From Acidobacteriota bacterium (lineage in GTDB: Bacteria > Acidobacteriota > Thermoanaerobaculia > Multivoradales > J023): 56,189 nucleotides of DNA. The stretch covers positions 1 to 56,189 of the forward strand of contig RFGL01000092.1 of assembly GCA_003697015.1 (NCBI GenBank), written 5' to 3'. Below are positions 19,731 to 30,200 of this stretch, piece after piece. The notes beneath the pieces were generated by a model, which was not told where the DNA came from, made no database searches, and was given only the letters and a program-made list of their open reading frames with translations. Each line of letters opens with the position of its first letter. The first letter of the stretch is position 1. The translations under genes and the position numbers were made by a program.

Positions 19731-19863
19731 GCGCCGGCGCGCCGTCGGCGCGGTTCGCAGCGGGTCGTCGAGGGGCGGCGCGTGCTCGCGCCCGGTTCGC
19801 CACCTCGTGCGGGCGCGGTAGTATGGTCGGCCGCAGGAACGGTCTTCCCTGCGAGGAGAGAGG

Positions 19864-22800
19864 ATGGTGGATCCCGAACGCGCTCAGCGCGCCCGCGAGA
19901 TCGCCGCCAAGGCGTTGGGGCGCGAGCCTGCCCAGCAACGGCGCCTGATCGACCTGGCCTGTGCCGGCGAGCCGGAGCTGCGACGTGAGGTCGAGGCGTT
20001 GATCGCCGAGCGCCTGCCGCTGGCAGAGCAGCCGACCCGGGCGGTGGCCTGGCGCCACCGGCCGCGGCGGGTGGGACGCTACGAGATCCTGCATCAGATC
20101 GGCCAGGGCGGCATGGGGGTGGTCTATCGCGCCCGCGATCCGCGCCTCGACCGCGAGGTGGCGATCAAGATGCTGCCGCCGACCGAGCTCGACGCCGCCA
20201 GCGAGGAGCGCTTCCAGCGCGAGGCGCGGATCGTCGCCGCCATGGACCACCCGGCGATCGTGCCGATCCACGACCTCGGCCGCCACCAGGGCTCGATCTA
20301 CTTCGTCATGCCCCTGGTCACCGGCACCACCCTGCGCCAGCTGATCGGCGAGGGCTCCCTCGAGCTGGCGGAGATCCTCGAGATCGGCGCCCAGGTGGCG
20401 GAGGCCCTCGACTACAGCCACGGCCGTGGCGTCGTCCACCGGGACGTCAAGCCCGCCAACGTGATGGTGACCCGCGAGGAGGGAATGCTGCGGGCGCGGG
20501 TGATGGATTTCGGCGTCGCCCATACCGCCAGCGCCGAACGGCCGCTGACCCGCACCGGCGACATCGTCGGCACCTTGACCTACGTCAGCCCGGAGCAGAT
20601 CGACCGGCCGGAAGTGGTCGACGGCCGCGCCGACCTCTACGCCCTGGGAGCGGTGCTCTACGAATGCCTGACCGGCCGTCCGCCCTTCACCGGTACGGTG
20701 CAGGTGCTGATCAACCGCATCCTGCACCAGGAGCCGGTCTCCCTGCGGGTCCACGGGGTGAGCGTCGATCGCGAGCTCGACGATCTGATCCTCGGCTGTC
20801 TGGCCAAAGATCCGTCGGCGCGGCCGGCGCGCGGCAAGGAGCTCGCCGCCGGCCTGCGCCAATGCGCCGCACGGCTGGCATCCGGCGACCGCGTCGTCCC
20901 GCGGCTGGACGCCGTTCCGCGGGTCAGCGCCGAGCCGCCGCCGCCACTGCCCCTGGTCGGCCGCGAGGTGGAGCTGCGCCGGCTGCGCGAGCAACTCGCC
21001 GCCGCTCTCGCCGGCGAGTGCCAGCTGACCCTGATCGGCGGCGAGGCGGGGATGGGCAAGAGCCGCTTGTTGGACGAGGCGCTGCGCCTGGCTCGGACCC
21101 ACGGCGCCCGGGTGCTGTGCGGCCGATTCTCCAGCCGCGACAGCACCTTCCCCTTCCAGGGCCTGTGCGAGCTGATCCAGGACGCCTTTCGGCGCGATCC
21201 GAAAACCGGCACCGGCCGCGGCGGGGATCTCGACGTCGACCTCAGCGACCTGGCCCCGGGCCTGCTCGCCCTCTTCCCGGTGCTGTCGGAGATCGAGGAG
21301 ATACGGCGCGCCGGCGACGCCGCCGCGGTTCCCGCTCCGGCGCCGCGGGCGGTGGACGATCCGACGGCGGTCTTCGAGCTTCTGGCGCGCACCTTCGGAC
21401 GCCTCGCTGGCGGCCGCCCGCTGGTGCTGGCGCTGGAGAACCTGCACGCCTGCGACGTGTCGATCGATGCGCTGCAATACGCCGTCCACCGCTTGGGGCC
21501 GACGCCGACGTGGGTGCTCGGCACCTACCGCCACACCGAGATCGAACACGGCCACCCCCTGCGCCGGCTGCTGCGCGACTTCAGCGACGATCCGCGTTGC
21601 AGGCACCTGCTGCTCGAACCCTTGTCCCAGCCCGCCCTGCGCCAGTTGATCGCCCAGCAGGTCGGCGGCCAGAGCCTGCGCGACGACCTGGTGGCGCGGC
21701 TCTACGAGGCCACCGAAGGCAACCCTTTCTTCACCCGCGAGCTCCTCGCTTCGCTGATCGAGTCGGGGGGCATCCAGCGCGACCGAAGCGGCAGCTGGTC
21801 CCTCCTGCGCGAGCCCGGCGCCCTCGCCGACGCCCTGCCGGTTTCCATCCACCAGGCGGTTGAGCAACGCCTGGAGCGCCTGGCGCCGGAGCTGCAGCGG
21901 GTGCTGGCGGTGGCCGCGGTCCTCGGTCGCAGCTTCGACTATCAGGACCTGGAAGCGCTGCTGGGGGAGACCGACGAGCTCGAAGAGACGATCGACGCGC
22001 TGGTGCGCCAGGGCATCCTGGAGGAGGAGCGCAAGACCCGTGGCGACCGGCTGCGTTTCGTCAGCGGCATCGTCCGCGACATCCTCTACGCCGGCATTCC
22101 CCGCCGCCGGCGGCGCGCTCTCCACCGGCGGCATGCGCGACGGCTCGAGAGCCGCTACCGCGGCCGCGAGGAACGCGTCTACGCCCAGCTGGTCCACCAC
22201 TTCTCCGAGGGCGACGTGCCCGAACGGACGGTGACCTACGCCCGCAAGCTGGCCCGCGCCGCCCTCGAGGCCTGCTGCTACGAAGACGCCCTGCGGGTCA
22301 GCCGCACCGCCCTCGAGTTCGTCGACGAGGAAGAGGTGGTCAACGCCGCCACCGTCGAGGGCGATCTGCGCCAGATCCGCGCCGTGGCCCAGCGCGCTCT
22401 CGGCCACGTCAGCCGGGCACTGCGCGAGGCGGAACGAGCCGCCGAGATCCTGGCGCGGGTCGAGCTCTGGGAGCCGGCGGCCCGGGCCGCCCTGCTCGCC
22501 GCCGAGACCGCCTGGCAGGGGCGCCAGGTGGAGCGCGCCAGGCGCTGGATCGAGCTCGGCTGCGAGCAGGCGCGGCGCGGTGCCGCCGGCGACGCCCTGA
22601 AACGACTGCTGACCCTGGGGGCGACGGTGGCGAACCTCGGGGGCGACCACCGCCAGGCGCAAGCGCTGCTGGCGGAGGCCGAGGCGCTGGCTCCCCCGTC
22701 CACCGTTCCGGCGGACGAGCCCGTCGCCGCCGGCGGCACCCTGGTCACCGCCATGCCGCGCGCCATCTCCAGCCTCGATCCCAGCGACCTGGAAAGCGAC

Positions 22801-25680
22801 GAGGAGCTGGAGATCGCGGCGATCCTCTTCGATACCCTGCTGGCGGCGGACGAGGAGGGCAACCCCGTGCCCCTCCTCTGCCGCCGCTGGCAGGCGGCGG
22901 AGGATGGCCGTACCTTCATCCTCAAGCTGCGTCCCGACGTCCGCTTCTCCGACGGCACGCCGCTCACCGCCGGGGTGGTCAAGGCTTCCCTCGAACGCGC
23001 CGCCGGGCGCCGTCGCGATCCCCCGGCGGCCTTCCACACCCTGGTCGGCTACGACGCCTTCGTCGGCGGCTCGGCGCCGGAGATCGAGGGCATCGAGGCC
23101 CCCGCCGACGACGAGTTGCGCTTTCGTCTGAGCGAGCCCTTGCCCCTCTTCCCGGCTCTCTTGACCGCGCCGACCACCGCCATCGTCCGCCCGCGCAGCG
23201 AAGCGCAAGGGGGTGGGTTGGCCGGCACCGGCCCCTTCCGCCTGGCGCGGCGCGAGGAACGGCGCATCCTGTTGGAACGCAACCCGGCGGATTGGCGCGA
23301 GGCCAAGCCCCACCTCGAGGGCATCGAGGTGCGAACCTTCTCCGAGGCCCTCGACATCGCCAGCGGCCTGCGCGCCGGCACCATCGACGTGGCGCGGGAC
23401 CTTCTGCCCGAGGACCTCGAATCCTTGCTGCGGGATCCGCGCTGGCGTGCCGGCCTGGTCGAGGCGACGCGCAAGAACGTCTACTTCGTACTGCTCAACA
23501 CCGCCGGTCCCAGCGCGCGCCAGCTCGCCCTGCGCCGCGCCCTGGCCGGGGTCGTGCGGGTACGCGACCTGGTGTGGCGGACCCTGGGTCGCTTCGCCCG
23601 GCCGGCGGTGAGCCTGATCCCCCCCGGCGTCCTCGGCCACGATCCCGGGCGTCGCCGGCCGGTCCTCAGCCGGCAGCAGGCGCGCGAGCTGCTCGCCGGC
23701 GCCGGCCTCGAGCCGCCGATCCGCGTCCGCGCCGCCATCCATCCCCTGCTGCAGGATCGCTACGGTGGGCTGACCGCGGCACTGATCGACGAATGGGGGG
23801 CTCTCGGGGTCGAGGTCTATTTCGAGATGACGACCAGCGAGAGCTTCCACCGGGCCTACCACGACAACGCCGACGTCGATCTCCTGATCGGTCGCTGGAC
23901 CGCCGAGTACGACGATCCCGACTGCTTCACCTACGGCCTCTTCCACTCCACCGGCGGCCGCTTGCGGCGCTACTTCGCCTCCCCCGACAGCGATCGACTG
24001 CTCGAACGGGCGCGCCAGGAACGCGAGGCGATGGCGCGGGCCTGGCTCTACCAGCGCTGGGAACGCCAGCTCGACGAGGCGGCGGTGCTCCTGCCGCTCT
24101 TCCACGACGTCAACTACCGCCTGGCCCACCCCGGGGTGCGCGGGCTGGCGCTCCACAACCGGCCGCCCTACGTCAGCTACGAGACCATCTCCAAGGTGGC
24201 GGCGGACGGCGCGGCCGCCCAGCCGCCGCCGGCCCGGGGCGAGATCCACGTTCCCCTGGCGGTCAAGCTCGCCAGCCTCGATCCGCTGGCCGAAGGGCCG
24301 GTCGAGCGCTACGAAGCCGTCGCCAACGTCTTCGAGACCCTCACCCGCATCGACGAAGGGGCGCGGGTGGTTCCGGCCCTGGCGACCGCCGTCGAGCCCC
24401 TGCCAGGCGGCCGCGGCTACCGCCTGGTGCTCGCTCCGGAGGCCCGTTTTCACGACGGCAGGCCATGCACCGCGCGCGACGTCCGCCATACCTTCGAGCG
24501 CCTGCTGCGCTCGGCCCGTCGCAGCCTCCACCACCTGCTGCTGCCGATCTGCGGGGCCCGCGCGTTGCGCGACGGCAAGGCGGCCGAGCTCGCCGGCCTG
24601 CGCATCCACTCCCAGACCGAGCTGTCGATCGAGCTCGACCGGCCGCTGGCGCTCTTCCCAGCGCTCTTGAGCCACCCTGCTTTGGCGATCGTGCCCGAGG
24701 GGGAAACCTGCTTCGACGGCGATTGGCGTGCCGGTTGCGCCGGCACCGGTCCCTTCCGGGTGGTGCGGTTTACTCCCGGGGAGCGCCTCGACCTGGAGCG
24801 CAATCCCGACTACCGGCACCGCGATCTGCCGAAGAGCGAGCGCCTGGTCTTCCACCTCGGCCTGCCTTCGGAACGCATCCGCCGCGAGCTCGCCGCCGGC
24901 CGCCTGTCCCTCGCCGCCGACCTGAACGCCGCGGACGTCGAGGCGTTGCGGCGGGAGGCCCGTTTCGCCGGCGGTTACCGCGAATCGCCCCGCCTGTCGA
25001 CCTACCTGCTGGCCTTCAATACCCGTCGCGGTCCGTTCGCCGACGCCGGCGCCCGCCGCTCCCTGGCCTGGCAGCTCGACCTCGACGAGGTGCTCGCCGG
25101 CGCCGCCGGCCAGCTGGCGAGCCGCGCTCACGGCATCATCCCGCCGGGACTTCTCGGCCACGAGCCGCCGCGCCGTCCGGTGGTGGCCGCAGCACCCTCC
25201 GGTGGCGTCGCCGGCGAGCTGCGCGTCGCGGCCCTGGTCGATCCCGCCTACGCCGGTTCGTATACCGAGCTCTGGACCACCATCTGCGGCCGCCTCGAAC
25301 AGTCCGGCATCGCCGTCGAGCCGCGCTTCGGCAGTCACCCGCAGGGCGACGTCGACCTCGCCTTCGTACGCTGGGTCGCGGCCTACCCCGATCCGGACAG
25401 CTTCGCCCAGGGGCTGTTGCACAGCGAGGAGGGGCTCTTGGGCGAGCTCTGCGGCTCCCCAGAGCTCGACCGCCTGATCGCCCGCGGCCGGGAGGAGGAA
25501 GATCCTTCCCTGCGCCATGCCCTCTACCGCGAAATGGAGGAGCTCGTCGCCCGCGAGCTGCTGCTCATCCCCCTCTTCCACGAACAGACCTACCGCTTCT
25601 GCCAGCCCACCCTGCACGGCCTGCGTTTCGCCCTTACCATCCCCGAAGTGCGTTATGAAGAACTCGAGCTGGCGTCGTGA
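19864..25680 (+). CDS. Ser/Thr kinase - P-loop NTPase (STAND/AAA_16-like) - helical/TPR region - two tandem family-5 (Opp/Dpp-like) solute-binding domains
   Basis: GQGGMGVVY, HRDVKPAN, DFG, SPEQ; Walker A GEAGMGKS; GNPFF; SBP5-like segments from GGTLVTAMPRAISSLDP (about 22730, with FSDGTPLTA and GTGPF) and GEIHVPLAVKLASLDP (about 24240, with FHDGRPCTA and GTGPF). Confidence 0.88.
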   Translation: MVDPERAQRAREIAAKALGREPAQQRRLIDLACAGEPELRREVEALIAERLPLAEQPTRAVAWRHRPRRVGRYEILHQIGQGGMGVVYRARDPRLDREVAIKMLPPTELDAASEERFQREARIVAAMDHPAIVPIHDLGRHQGSIYFVMPLVTGTTLRQLIGEGSLELAEILEIGAQVAEALDYSHGRGVVHRDVKPANVMVTREEGMLRARVMDFGVAHTASAERPLTRTGDIVGTLTYVSPEQIDRPEVVDGRADLYALGAVLYECLTGRPPFTGTVQVLINRILHQEPVSLRVHGVSVDRELDDLILGCLAKDPSARPARGKELAAGLRQCAARLASGDRVVPRLDAVPRVSAEPPPPLPLVGREVELRRLREQLAAALAGECQLTLIGGEAGMGKSRLLDEALRLARTHGARVLCGRFSSRDSTFPFQGLCELIQDAFRRDPKTGTGRGGDLDVDLSDLAPGLLALFPVLSEIEEIRRAGDAAAVPAPAPRAVDDPTAVFELLARTFGRLAGGRPLVLALENLHACDVSIDALQYAVHRLGPTPTWVLGTYRHTEIEHGHPLRRLLRDFSDDPRCRHLLLEPLSQPALRQLIAQQVGGQSLRDDLVARLYEATEGNPFFTRELLASLIESGGIQRDRSGSWSLLREPGALADALPVSIHQAVEQRLERLAPELQRVLAVAAVLGRSFDYQDLEALLGETDELEETIDALVRQGILEEERKTRGDRLRFVSGIVRDILYAGIPRRRRRALHRRHARRLESRYRGREERVYAQLVHHFSEGDVPERTVTYARKLARAALEACCYEDALRVSRTALEFVDEEEVVNAATVEGDLRQIRAVAQRALGHVSRALREAERAAEILARVELWEPAARAALLAAETAWQGRQVERARRWIELGCEQARRGAAGDALKRLLTLGATVANLGGDHRQAQALLAEAEALAPPSTVPADEPVAAGGTLVTAMPRAISSLDPSDLESDEELEIAAILFDTLLAADEEGNPVPLLCRRWQAAEDGRTFILKLRPDVRFSDGTPLTAGVVKASLERAAGRRRDPPAAFHTLVGYDAFVGGSAPEIEGIEAPADDELRFRLSEPLPLFPALLTAPTTAIVRPRSEAQGGGLAGTGPFRLARREERRILLERNPADWREAKPHLEGIEVRTFSEALDIASGLRAGTIDVARDLLPEDLESLLRDPRWRAGLVEATRKNVYFVLLNTAGPSARQLALRRALAGVVRVRDLVWRTLGRFARPAVSLIPPGVLGHDPGRRRPVLSRQQARELLAGAGLEPPIRVRAAIHPLLQDRYGGLTAALIDEWGALGVEVYFEMTTSESFHRAYHDNADVDLLIGRWTAEYDDPDCFTYGLFHSTGGRLRRYFASPDSDRLLERARQEREAMARAWLYQRWERQLDEAAVLLPLFHDVNYRLAHPGVRGLALHNRPPYVSYETISKVAADGAAAQPPPARGEIHVPLAVKLASLDPLAEGPVERYEAVANVFETLTRIDEGARVVPALATAVEPLPGGRGYRLVLAPEARFHDGRPCTARDVRHTFERLLRSARRSLHHLLLPICGARALRDGKAAELAGLRIHSQTELSIELDRPLALFPALLSHPALAIVPEGETCFDGDWRAGCAGTGPFRVVRFTPGERLDLERNPDYRHRDLPKSERLVFHLGLPSERIRRELAAGRLSLAADLNAADVEALRREARFAGGYRESPRLSTYLLAFNTRRGPFADAGARRSLAWQLDLDEVLAGAAGQLASRAHGIIPPGLLGHEPPRRPVVAAAPSGGVAGELRVAALVDPAYAGSYTELWTTICGRLEQSGIAVEPRFGSHPQGDVDLAFVRWVAAYPDPDSFAQGLLHSEEGLLGELCGSPELDRLIARGREEEDPSLRHALYREMEELVARELLLIPLFHEQTYRFCQPTLHGLRFALTIPEVRYEELELAS

Positions 25681-25714
25681 CAAGGTGCCGTGACAAGGTG
25701 CCACCCTTTTTTTC
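25677..25714 (+). repeat. Left copy of the core motif (AGGTGCCACCCTTTTTTTC, 25696-25714) with a 13-bp tandem duplication GTGACAAGGTGCC
   Basis: Read directly. The duplication (25677-25689 and 25690-25702) includes the kinase stop codon. Confidence 0.85.
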
Positions 25715-25946
25715 AAAGTTGATCCTTCGTGGGGGCGAGAACAACGCGATCGGCAGCTTCGAGGTCCGCGAAGCGGTCCCGAGCAGTCTCGCTTGACCTC
25801 GGGCGGGCCCCTTGGAACGTGGCTGCCGGTTGACGAGGCCGATACCGGGCGCACGACGACGGTTTCGGCTCCGATAGGGGGAACCGGCGGCATGGTTCGG
25901 TTCGGTCGTCGGTTGGCGGATCGCTGGCCACGGAGGCCGGCTCGCC

Positions 25947-26882
25947 TCAAGGGGCGCGGATCGGCCCCGCACGTACGAATGGCTGACCGGGTGGGAAGCA
26001 GCCTTCAGGGAAGCGTACGTCGCGCTCGCCGGCGCGAAGTCGTGCAGATGCTTCGCGAAAGGCGGCGACGAAATCCGAGTAGGCTCGGCGTAAGAGTCTC
26101 AAGCTCTCGCCGCGGGCGTGAAAGTCCGGGGCCGGTGACCGGCTCAAGACCTCAGGCCGCGCATGGGGATCCTGAGCAGCGATGGCCCTCGCACCAAGAA
26201 CGGCTGTGCCGCGCTGGCGACGGTCGTCTGCGGCTTCCTGCTCAATGGTCGAAACCAGGTCAGCGACGCGTTGCCGATAGTTCTTGACCGGCAGGTGACG
26301 CCAGCAGGGCAGGGGGTCGAAAACCAGCATTTCCGGGGTGGCGTGGGCGTATGGATCGTCGTCCCGGCCACGCTGGCGGGCCTGGCATTCGGCGGTGCGA
26401 TCGAACCAGAAGCCGGTAAGGGGCCGCCCCTCGACCAGCGCCGCGGCACAATGCACGCCCGGCCAGTCGTAGGGACTTCGGACAAGGCCTTCTTTGGTGC
26501 CTTGAGACAGCACATACTTCAACCGGCGCACCTGGGTAGCTTCGTCTTGACTGACGACCACGCCGTCGTAGCGCCGGGCCCAGATCTTGTCCGACCAGCC
26601 GTGCAGCCGTCGCACTTCTTTGGCCAGCTTCGCGTTGAAGTACGCCATGAAGCGCGCCAGGCGCTCAGCGTCCTCCACCCAGGCCAGCAGGTGGTAGTGG
26701 TTCGACAGCACCGCGACCCCGCATACCGCGATCGGGTACTTGCGCTGCGCTCGCGCCAGAGCGCCGATCACGGTTTCGTTGAGCTCGCGGCTCGGCCGCA
26801 GCAGAAGGCGGCCCTGGATGGTCCGGGAGGTGATCTCCACCAGGGCGCCGCCAGGGGGGATGTAGCGTAGTTTCCTCGCCAT
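25947..26882 (-). mobile_element. HUH Y1 tyrosine transposase, REP-associated (RAYT)-like
   Basis: MARKLR...EITSRT, VLSNHYHLL (HUH), IWARRY, LKYV (candidate catalytic Tyr), DWPG, C-terminal FPEGCFPP. Lower GC than its neighbours. Confidence 0.85.
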
Positions 26883-27017
26883 AACACCCTATAGAAGACG
26901 ACCTCGCCCTCAACTTCTTCGGCGCCGCCGCGATTTCTGGTGAAGTGGCGAAGAGACGGGGCATTGGGGAAGGAGGGAAGCTGGCGAGTATTATGGGCCC
27001 GCGACATAAATTACGGA

Positions 27018-27214
27018 GCCACCTCTAGGTGGCCGATAAAAAGGGTGGCACTTGCCATGGGTCACCTTCCATGGGCACCTCCCGTGGGGGGTAAGAAGGG
27101 TGGGACCTGTGGGGGCCCGTAGGGCAGGCCATCCGTAGGGGATAAAAAGGGTGGCACCTGTGGGTGGCACCTGTGGGTGGGGATAAAAAGGGTGGCACCT
27201 GTGGGCGGCACCTG
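27018..27214 (+). repeat. Repeat cluster: hairpin GCCACCT-CT-AGGTGGC followed by 4 GATAAAAAGGGTGGCACCTG-like copies and 2 partial TGGG(T/C)GGCACCTG stutters
   Basis: Copies at 27035, 27091, 27141 and 27182; partials at 27161 and 27202. All are inverted relative to the 25696 copy. Confidence 0.9.
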
Positions 27215-27262
27215 GGGGCAGCGCCCTTGGGCAGGGCGATCCAGGGTATGCTGGGGAGAGCG

Positions 27263-30200
27263 ATGATCAAGGCCCCGGATGACGGCGACCCTGCGGGCAG
27301 CGCGCTGGCCGGCAGGAAGGAGGTTTCGCGACGGCACGGTCGCAGCCTCGCCCCCCTGGCCTGGGTGATGCTGCTGCTGGTGGTGCCGAGCCTGATCTAC
27401 GTCTTTTACGTCCTCGATCAGATCCGGGCGCTGACGGAGGGCAATCTGCGTCTCCTCGGGCGGGCCGCAACCCGCCTTGAAGCGGTTCTCGACAACGCCG
27501 CGACGACGGTGAAGAACCGTGCTCTGGACCTGCGCTTCGCCTGTGACTTCGTCGACCGCCAGCCTTACCTCACCCTGGTCGAACCCGGTCGCTGTGAGAC
27601 GTTGCAGCGCTACGGGCCGGCAGAGGTTGAGATCGAGACCCGCTACGACGCCGGCCGGGGCAGGCTCCTGCTCACCGCTGTGCCGCAGGGGGACGCCGGG
27701 TGGGAAGGCTTTTCGTTCGCCGTCGAGCTCGAACGGATCCTGCACGAGGTGCCGCTGGCGGATCACTTCGACCTCCTGCTCCTCGCCGACCGCCGGGGCG
27801 ACGTGGTGGTGCAGGTGGCGGGGGACGGCGCCGCGGGCCACGGTCTGCGCATCACCCGCATCGACAAGCTCCCAATGGTCCGCGGTGGGGAGGAGCCGCT
27901 GGCGTTTGCCGCCGTTCAACGGGCGAGCCTGGAGCGCTCGGTAGAGCTCTTCGACCGCGATCACAGGCTCTTTTGCCAGCCCTTGGCGGTGCGTGGCGGC
28001 GCGGCCGGCGCTTGGGCGTTGTGCGGCCTGGTGCGCTCCGGCGACACCTTCCAGCAGGCCCTGGTGGTCTCTCCCATCCTCACCCTGATCTTGATCCTAT
28101 TGCTGATCTTCGGCCTCCTGACCTGGCCGTTCATCAAGCTCTTCTCCCTCGACCGCCGCGAGCGCTTCCGCTTTGCCGACGGCTTCCTCCTCCTCTTCTG
28201 CACCTTCGTGTTGCTTCTGCTCCTCACTCTACTGACCTCCGAGTGGGATAGCGGCAAGCGTCTGCACGAGGCCACCGAGACGAGCCTCGAGGTGCTGGCT
28301 GCCGAGCTCGAAGAGGATCTGCTCGCTGAGCTCAACCGGCTCTACGACCAGGTGGTGGCCTTCGATCGGCATCTGTGCGCGCAGCGGATGGAGCTCGACG
28401 TCTGCGGCCTCAAGGAGGACGCCAACCTGCTCGATCCGAAGAGGCCGCCGGCTGCGTTTCGCCTGCCACGACCGGCGATCGAGGACTTCAGCTCGGTATT
28501 CTGGATGCGACCTTGCGACGGCTTGCAGATCGCCAAGGCGACGGTGCGCAGCAAGAACACGCCGGCGGTCCGGCTGGGGCACCGCGAGTACTTTCGCACC
28601 CTCGCCGAGGGCCGGTCTTGGAGGGTCGGCTCGCCCCCGGACGAGGAGCGCCGGTTCTTCGTCCAGGCGTTCCGCTCGGTGACCACCGGCGAGCGCGGTG
28701 CGGCCTTGTCCATCCGTTCCTGCCTGAGCGATCCCGGCGGCGTCGCCGAGCTGACCAAAGGAGAGGACTGCCGCCTGCCCCCCTGTCGATCGGCCGGCGT
28801 GGTGGTTGCCGCGATCAGCGCCCCCTTGGCTTCGGTCGACCGCGTCCTGACGGGACCGGACTTCGGCTTCGCCATCGTCGAGCCGGGAGGCGGGGTGCTC
28901 TTCCACAGCGATCGGCGGCGGGCGCTGGACGAGAATCTGCTGCTGGAGGTCGACGATTCCAAGCGCTTGAACGCAGCGCTGTCGGCGCGGATCCCGCGCT
29001 CCTTGCGCATGCGGTATCACGGGCGCCCGCATCTTCTCCACGCGGCGCCGCTGCGCGATCTGCCGTGGTCGGTGGTCACCTTCGTCGACCGCGAGCTGCT
29101 GCGGACGACGAGCATCGAGGCCCTCGCCCTGAGCCTGGTGCTGGCCGCCGCGTATCTGGTACCGCTGCTGCTCGGATCGATCGCCTTCGCCCTGATCGCC
29201 GGCCGCGAAGCGAGCTGGCTGTGGCCGGATCCCGCCAAAGAGCGGCTCTATCGCCATCTGAGTTGGATCTTCGCTCAGCTGCTCCTGGCCTTTACCCTGG
29301 CGCTCTACGCCCTGCCGGCGGAGAGCGCGCTGTTGGCGGCGTTCACCATGCCTTTGATGGCGGCGCTCATCGCCTGGTTGCGGCTCATGGCGTGGAAGCT
29401 TCGCCACCGCCGCAATGCGACTCTCTGGCGCGCGTTGGACCTCTTTTCGGTACCGTTGCTCCTGCTGCTCCTGATTCTCGGCCTGGTCGCCCTCAAGCTG
29501 GCGAATCTGTCGTTGTCCTGGCGCGATCCGTGGTTGGTCGGTCCCTTCGTCGGCATGCTGATCCTCACCGCGCTCTACCTGCTGATCCACGGCTGGCGCG
29601 ACTTCAGCCGGCCGTGGCGCTACCGGGTCAACTGGCTCGCCTGGCATTGCACGGCGATCGTCCTTTTTTGGCTGCTGCTGGCGGTGTGGCCGGCGGTCGG
29701 CTTCTTCAAGATCGCCTTCGTCAGCCAGCAGCGGGTGTTGGTCAAGCACGAGAACCTGCACCGCGCCGAGGGCGTCCGCCAGCTGGCGTGTGCGCTCGAA
29801 GACGAGCTGCGCGACGTCGCCATGCCGGATCGCGACGCGAGTCTGAACCGGCGTCTCGCGGCAGCGCGCCACCGCCATCGCCCCCACATGCTGGCGGCGC
29901 TTCACCCGGGCGGCGATCCGCCGGAGGTTTCCGACGTCGGCAGCTGGTTCGATCGAGGGCTGCGCGATCTCCTGGCGCGCTATCAGCCGCTCTACAACCG
30001 CACCACCGAGAGCCAGCGCTACCTGCTGGGGACCCGAGCAGCCGACGGAGCCTGGGAATGGCGTGGAGGCTTGGAGGGGGGCGGCGACGGCGCCATGCGT
30101 TTTCACGCTCGAGCCGGCCCCTGCCAGCGCCGGGACCTCTCCCTGGTCTCCGTTCTGCCGGTCCCCGGCCACCGGCTGACCTGGCGACTGGCAGCGGGCG

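Noticed and set aside
19699-25950. 2083-aa minus-strand ORF
   Set aside because: Antisense shadow of the kinase-SBP gene.
27025-27270. Short ORFs with VPPFL/KKGGT repeats (similar ones at 32194-32657)
   Set aside because: Translations of the non-coding DNA repeat, not plausible proteins.
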